The position numbers were made by a program, and so were the translations under genes. From Promethearchaeota archaeon (GTDB lineage: Archaea > Asgardarchaeota > Lokiarchaeia > Sigyniarchaeales > SOKP01): a stretch of 64,000 nt of DNA. This document shows, piece after piece, positions 59,306 to 64,000 of the stretch (positions are counted from its first letter, which is position 1; each line of letters begins with the position of its first letter). The stretch lies in contig JAHLWS010000070.1 in the NCBI GenBank assembly GCA_019057795.1, forward strand, positions 96,001 to 160,000. Direction: 5' to 3'. The notes under the pieces were generated by a model that saw only the letters and a list, made by a program, of their open reading frames with translations, was not told the DNA's origin and searched no databases.

Positions 59306-60778
59306 TTAAAACTTATTGTTTGACTCTTGTACTAAAATGCTAAAATTTTTGACCATTTCTTCCAAACTGGGAAAATCTGGAAGATTATTCTCGCCTAATA
59401 CTTTTGAAACTCTACGAACTTCCTTGTCTTCACCAACTAACCAAAAGAATATTGGTTTTGAAGAGTGTTTAACATTATCTATTATTTGATCTATATCGTT
59501 CATAGCCCTAAATTGTCTCGAACAGAACATCATATTAAAAATTCCTTCGACATTGGGCTCACTTAATAATGTTTTATAAACATGGGTTGTTACAACATCA
59601 GGTCTTACTTTGTTCATCATAGCTTTTTCCATTGCAGGCCAAATATCTATAAAAGCAAACCTATTCGGAGGCATCCAATCAGGAAACACATCTACGAGTG
59701 CATCGTACGCTTTATTTCCTAAAATAGGATAATTTAAACCATATTTCATAGTTAGATCTGCCGTTATTGTACCAGCACCTCCCGAACCGGCTACGAATGA
59801 AACGTTACCTTTTTTTGGTAGAATTTTACCCGTCTCATAAATAATTGAAAATGTCCGAGCAAATTGAAATAACTCGTAAAAGCTATTGGCGTAGATTACT
59901 CCTGATTGTTTGATGATTCCATTGATCAAACGCGAGTTTTCAGCTAAGGAACCTGTATGACTAAGGGACGCCTTCTGACCTTGTGGAGTTGTCCCACCTC
60001 TTAATAAGATTATTGTCTTATTAGGCATAGATCTTACCTTCCTACAAAGTTCAATAAATTTTCTCGAATTTTTAAACGATTCTAGATATATTGCAATAAC
60101 ATTAACGGAATTATCTTTTATTAAGTACTCTAAGAATTCTATTTCGCTCAAATCCATTTTGTTCCCAATAGAACACGCATATCTAAATCCTAGATTGGGA
60201 TATTTTGTCATAACATGCATTAGATATCCGCCATTTAACATCCCCGATTGGCTAATTATTGCAATATTGCCCCTTTTAAAATTAGAGAAAACACCAAAAC
60301 CAGAAAAAAAGCCTTCTTTTTCCTCACCATCGCTATCTCCATCAATAGTACTAAGACCCATGCAATTAGGTCCAACAATTCTTATTTTGGAAAAATTTTC
60401 GGTAATTTCGACGATTTTATTTTTTAATTCAATACCTTTTTCACCGACTTCTTCGAATCCAGATGCTTCAATAATCGCCCCTTTTACGCCTTTTTTAATG
60501 CAATCCTTTAAAATGTCAGGAATAAATCGATTTGGAATGTAAAAAATCGCAATTTCGACATCATCTTCAACATCCAAGATGCTTTTTTTGAATTCTAAAT
60601 TATATAGTTTACCTTCTGCATTAGGGTTAATAAGATGAACTTTTCCTTTAAAATTGTTTGTTATAAGATTAGTAGCGATCCGAAATCCACCTTTAGTTAA
60701 CTTTTTTGAGGCACCTATAACAGCTACAGATTTTGGATGTAAAAACACATCTATTATGTCCGTATTTACCAATACCAT
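59306..60778 (-). CDS. ADP-forming acyl-CoA synthetase alpha-subunit-like protein
   Basis: P.SVAVIGAS, GF.E.G, GPNC.G, SQSG, S.GN..D, SHTGSLA (phospho-His). Confidence 0.9.
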   Translation of the reverse strand: MVLVNTDIIDVFLHPKSVAVIGASKKLTKGGFRIATNLITNNFKGKVHLINPNAEGKLYNLEFKKSILDVEDDVEIAIFYIPNRFIPDILKDCIKKGVKGAIIEASGFEEVGEKGIELKNKIVEITENFSKIRIVGPNCMGLSTIDGDSDGEEKEGFFSGFGVFSNFKRGNIAIISQSGMLNGGYLMHVMTKYPNLGFRYACSIGNKMDLSEIEFLEYLIKDNSVNVIAIYLESFKNSRKFIELCRKVRSMPNKTIILLRGGTTPQGQKASLSHTGSLAENSRLINGIIKQSGVIYANSFYELFQFARTFSIIYETGKILPKKGNVSFVAGSGGAGTITADLTMKYGLNYPILGNKAYDALVDVFPDWMPPNRFAFIDIWPAMEKAMMNKVRPDVVTTHVYKTLLSEPNVEGIFNMMFCSRQFRAMNDIDQIIDNVKHSSKPIFFWLVGEDKEVRRVSKVLGENNLPDFPSLEEMVKNFSILVQESNNKF

Positions 60779-60984
60779 ACCACTCTTTTTTTTTGTTTAA
60801 GCTAGAATCTTATTAATTAACTCTGAGTAAACTTGTTGCTAAAGTAAAATCAATTTTGTTAGAAAAGGTATAGGAAAAGTTAAACTATTCGAAATTAAAC
60901 TATAATTTATTTATTAATTCGTATAAATAATAGAAAACTCTCATAGTCATCTGTTATATATTCAAGATAAAATATTCCAAAAGT

Positions 60985-61209
60985 ATGATGCAAAATATCG
61001 ATTGGCAAAATTATAGACATCCCAAATTTCTACAATCGTTAAACTTAACATTAGACGAGCTTAAGCTTTTAAACTTATTTTTAAAGCAAAGAAAGCTTGA
61101 TAAGGTTGATGAGATAGAAAATAGGGAAATTTCAAGGCTTCTTACCACTAGTAATAACCCAAATTCTTCAAAATATTACGCTAAAGAAAAAGTTGGTATA
61201 GATATATAA
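60985..61209 (+). CDS. Small hypothetical protein
   Basis: 74-aa ATG ORF in an intergenic gap. Confidence 0.4.
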   Translation: MMQNIDWQNYRHPKFLQSLNLTLDELKLLNLFLKQRKLDKVDEIENREISRLLTTSNNPNSSKYYAKEKVGIDI

Positions 61210-61362
61210 TAAAAACTCACGGTTCTTAATAATTAAATTATCCTATCTTTAAATTGGGTATTGTTTTTATCTTATTAATTGTACGAGAAATAGAGAACAT
61301 TTATATCTATGTTTATTTATTATGTTTTCAGTGTTTAAAATAATCCTTATAAATTTAATAAA

Positions 61363-61614
61363 ATGACTGAAAGCAACGAAAAGATAAGGGAAAGGATTAA
61401 TATCGCAGCTTACTATTTAACCCAAAAGAAACACCCTTACGACACGCTCTGTTGGATGCTTGCTGAAAGACAACTGTATTTTCAGCAAAATTTTCAGACA
61501 CCTGAAAAAAATTTAATTAAAAAAAAGGCTGCTGAAATTTTTTTCTCAACCCCACCATACGATATTCTATGCTGGTTGATATCAGAATTTGATATAATCC
61601 TGAAGACTAAATGA
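61363..61614 (+). CDS. Small protein with tandem AA.....PYD.LCW..[AS]E repeat (DUF2934-like)
   Basis: HPYDTLCWMLAE / PPYDILCWLISE duplication. Confidence 0.7.
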   Translation: MTESNEKIRERINIAAYYLTQKKHPYDTLCWMLAERQLYFQQNFQTPEKNLIKKKAAEIFFSTPPYDILCWLISEFDIILKTK

Positions 61615-61837
61615 ACTAAGAAGACTTCTAAACCGTATTTTTTAATATAGGTTTCAAATTTAAAATTAATTTAAAAATAAATTTTTAGGGTAGATACCTA
61701 ATATTCTTCTTTTTGCTCAAAATTAGTTAATAATAAGTTATAAAAAGTCAATTTTCAATACAAGCATTTAAATAGAAAAAGTAATAATTGTTTTTATAGT
61801 AAAAAGGATTTTTACAGTAAAAATATTGTGATTTTTT

Positions 61838-62254
61838 ATGCCTGAAAAAAAAGAAAAAAAAAAGCCAATCTTTGAAAAGGTGGGTCTTGTGTTTCGAAAT
61901 CCTATGAGAGTAGAAATACTTAGGGAGCTTTCCTTAAGTTCTCAACGACCTGTAGATTTAGCAAATAAATTGGAAGTTGAACGCCAAAACATTAATTATC
62001 ACATAGGTGCGCTAAAGAGAGGAGGAATAATTAAGACACAGAAAATGGAAGTCTCAAAAGAGGAAGCGTCAAAAATGAAAGGTGCTATAGTTAATAAAGT
62101 GACTGAGAATGGAAAATTAAAAATCTCTTATGGGGTTGAACTTACAAAAAACGGCAAAGAGATAGCTAACCAATTTATAGACCCTCTTTATGAAGAAGAA
62201 AATTTGGAAGAAGAGCATAAAAATGAACGCACAATAAAAAAAGGAGGAAAGTAA
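61838..62254 (+). CDS. ArsR-family winged-helix regulator
   Basis: P.R.EIL..L, LA..L....Q.INYH...L...G.I, LT..G. Confidence 0.85.
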   Translation: MPEKKEKKKPIFEKVGLVFRNPMRVEILRELSLSSQRPVDLANKLEVERQNINYHIGALKRGGIIKTQKMEVSKEEASKMKGAIVNKVTENGKLKISYGVELTKNGKEIANQFIDPLYEEENLEEEHKNERTIKKGGK

Positions 62255-62257
62255 ATT

Positions 62258-63289
62258 ATGAAGAATGTAAGCGTTCAAATTGTAGAAATGTTGTTCGAAA
62301 ATCCGTTAGAAATTTTGGAATTTGAAAAACCTCAATCTCACGGTAATATGACAATTATCCCGATTATCTATAAGGGTAAAACCTTAGAATTTATTAGTGT
62401 ACAAGAAGCCGAAGAACTTGGCTTAATAAGTATAAATGAAACAGATACGGTTAGCCAATTGGAAGTTATAAACAATAGCGATAAACAAGTCTTAATCCCT
62501 TTTGGTGTAACCGTTCACGGTGGAAAACAAGATAGAACTATATGGGAACCGATCCTTTTGGCAGCAGGAGGAAAACAAAATATTTCTGGTACCAATAAAG
62601 GAGCACTGGAACAAAAATACACGATCCCAGCGAAATGCGTAGAACAATCGAGATGGAACTATCGCAAGGGAAAAGGGTTTAAATCTTCCAGTACAAGGCT
62701 ACATCCCAATGTTGCTTACGAAGCCATATCTTCTGCGGGTCAAGGCTCAGTTTGGAACGAAATCCAAGCTTATAGAACAGAAATGATATACAACAGTAAT
62801 ATTGCCCCAACTCAGAGTTACCTAGAAATGACCGAGAATATTGAAAAAGAAACGGAAAAAATTGTAAAATCGTTTAAAAATCTAGAAGATCAGTGCGGTA
62901 TAGCTACTTTTATCAATGGCGAGTTTATAGGTATAGAATTTTACGCAAACGCACAAGTATGGGAAGCAATGAGTAAAGATATCCTGAAAGCGTTTACCAT
63001 CGAATCGTTGAGATTTAAAGATAAACCCTTTAATAAGAAATCAGAAATAAATAAGGCGCAATTGATTACGGCTTTGCAGAGTTTAAAATTAAAATTCACT
63101 ACAAGAAAGGGCATTGGTCTTGGCGAAGTGGTCGAATTTGAATCGCAAGATAAAAAATGGCGAGGCAATACTCTTGTGCACGAGAACTCGTTAGTTCAGT
63201 TTTATATCGTGTCGAAAAGAGGAGGAAGCAGCAGTTCTGATAGGCAAGAACAACTTTTTCAAACAAATATAAGCCAAAGATATATATAA
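62258..63289 (+). CDS. ARPP-1/DUF6569-like protein
   Basis: I.E...V..L...N, GGKQDR, CVEQ.RW, Q..VW motifs; 3 bp after the regulator. Confidence 0.7.
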   Translation: MKNVSVQIVEMLFENPLEILEFEKPQSHGNMTIIPIIYKGKTLEFISVQEAEELGLISINETDTVSQLEVINNSDKQVLIPFGVTVHGGKQDRTIWEPILLAAGGKQNISGTNKGALEQKYTIPAKCVEQSRWNYRKGKGFKSSSTRLHPNVAYEAISSAGQGSVWNEIQAYRTEMIYNSNIAPTQSYLEMTENIEKETEKIVKSFKNLEDQCGIATFINGEFIGIEFYANAQVWEAMSKDILKAFTIESLRFKDKPFNKKSEINKAQLITALQSLKLKFTTRKGIGLGEVVEFESQDKKWRGNTLVHENSLVQFYIVSKRGGSSSSDRQEQLFQTNISQRYI

Positions 63290-63468
63290 TATCCTAAAAG
63301 TAAGCATTAGATGTATTGAAACACAATATTTCAATTTTAATTATTTTTTTTATTTTTCTTCTCATTTTTCACTCTACAAATTTGTAAAAACTTAAATAGA
63401 ATCTGATAAAATTATAAATTACTACGAAATCTAAAAGTAAAAATTGAAAGAATAAGGAGGTATAGAGC

Positions 63469-63792
63469 ATGCCATATATTATTGTACAAATTTGGTATCC
63501 TACTGACATAAATACTGAGGTTACCGAAAAATTTTTAGAAGTTGTAAAAGAATTTCCCTTTGATAGATCACTTGGTAAAGAAACGATAACAGTTGCTTCA
63601 AATACTAATAAAAATGGAACAGAAGTTATGAGCGTAATGGAAGTTAAACAAGGGAAATTAGAAGAAGCTTGGGCTTGGGGCCGTAATAGAATGGGGCCTT
63701 TCCAGAGCATTAAAGGATTAGAATATGATATGAGGCTCTGGACAACGCTAGCTGAAGCCTTCGAGGGAAGTGAGTATTCTCTTCCAGAGTAA
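63469..63792 (+). CDS. Small hypothetical alpha/beta protein
   Basis: ATG preceded by a strong AGGAGGT Shine-Dalgarno. Confidence 0.8.
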   Translation: MPYIIVQIWYPTDINTEVTEKFLEVVKEFPFDRSLGKETITVASNTNKNGTEVMSVMEVKQGKLEEAWAWGRNRMGPFQSIKGLEYDMRLWTTLAEAFEGSEYSLPE

Positions 63793-64000
63793 GTTAAACA
63801 AAATTATTTCTTTTTTTTTTTTAATTCTATTTATTAAAAAAGTGTTAACTTTATAATCCGGAACACAACCCCCAACCTAATTACTTATCATCTCGCTTCT
63901 TAACTCTCAATTTCCCTAAAGGAAACTAGGAATTTTTTCTTGTAAAATGAAAAAAAAGAAGGTATAATTTGAAATTTGCTAAGTAGTCTTGCGTCTATTC

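Noticed and set aside
1-64000. CRISPR arrays, IS elements, integrases, rRNA
   Set aside because: No regularly spaced repeats, transposase or integrase motifs, or long GC-rich RNA genes were seen.

Overview
AT-rich archaeal chromosomal segment, almost certainly Asgard (Lokiarchaeia-like). It carries core information-processing genes (cdc6, PolD DP1/DP2, rpoH/rpoB, TFE, MBF1, PAN, NAC, pelota, Cbf5, RtcB with archease, NrdD, CarS), four small GTPases with roadblock or Pro-rich extensions, a longin protein and three tRNAs, two of them with introns at non-canonical positions. Two observations stand out. (1) The elf1 gene is split by a 32-nt intron (5393-5424) that folds into a canonical bulge-helix-bulge; cutting at the standard endonuclease positions restores the CPNC zinc ribbon. 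This points to a tRNA-type intron in an mRNA other than cbf5. (2) A co-oriented block encodes a BAR-like helical protein, a coiled-coil/poly-proline/VASP-FAB-like protein and an unannotated 50-aa WH2-like microprotein, a candidate archaeal actin/membrane-remodelling module. The left end holds a five-gene operon of unknown function ending in an AAA+ ATPase. No CRISPR array, transposase or intein was seen. All homology calls are by eye, without database searches.
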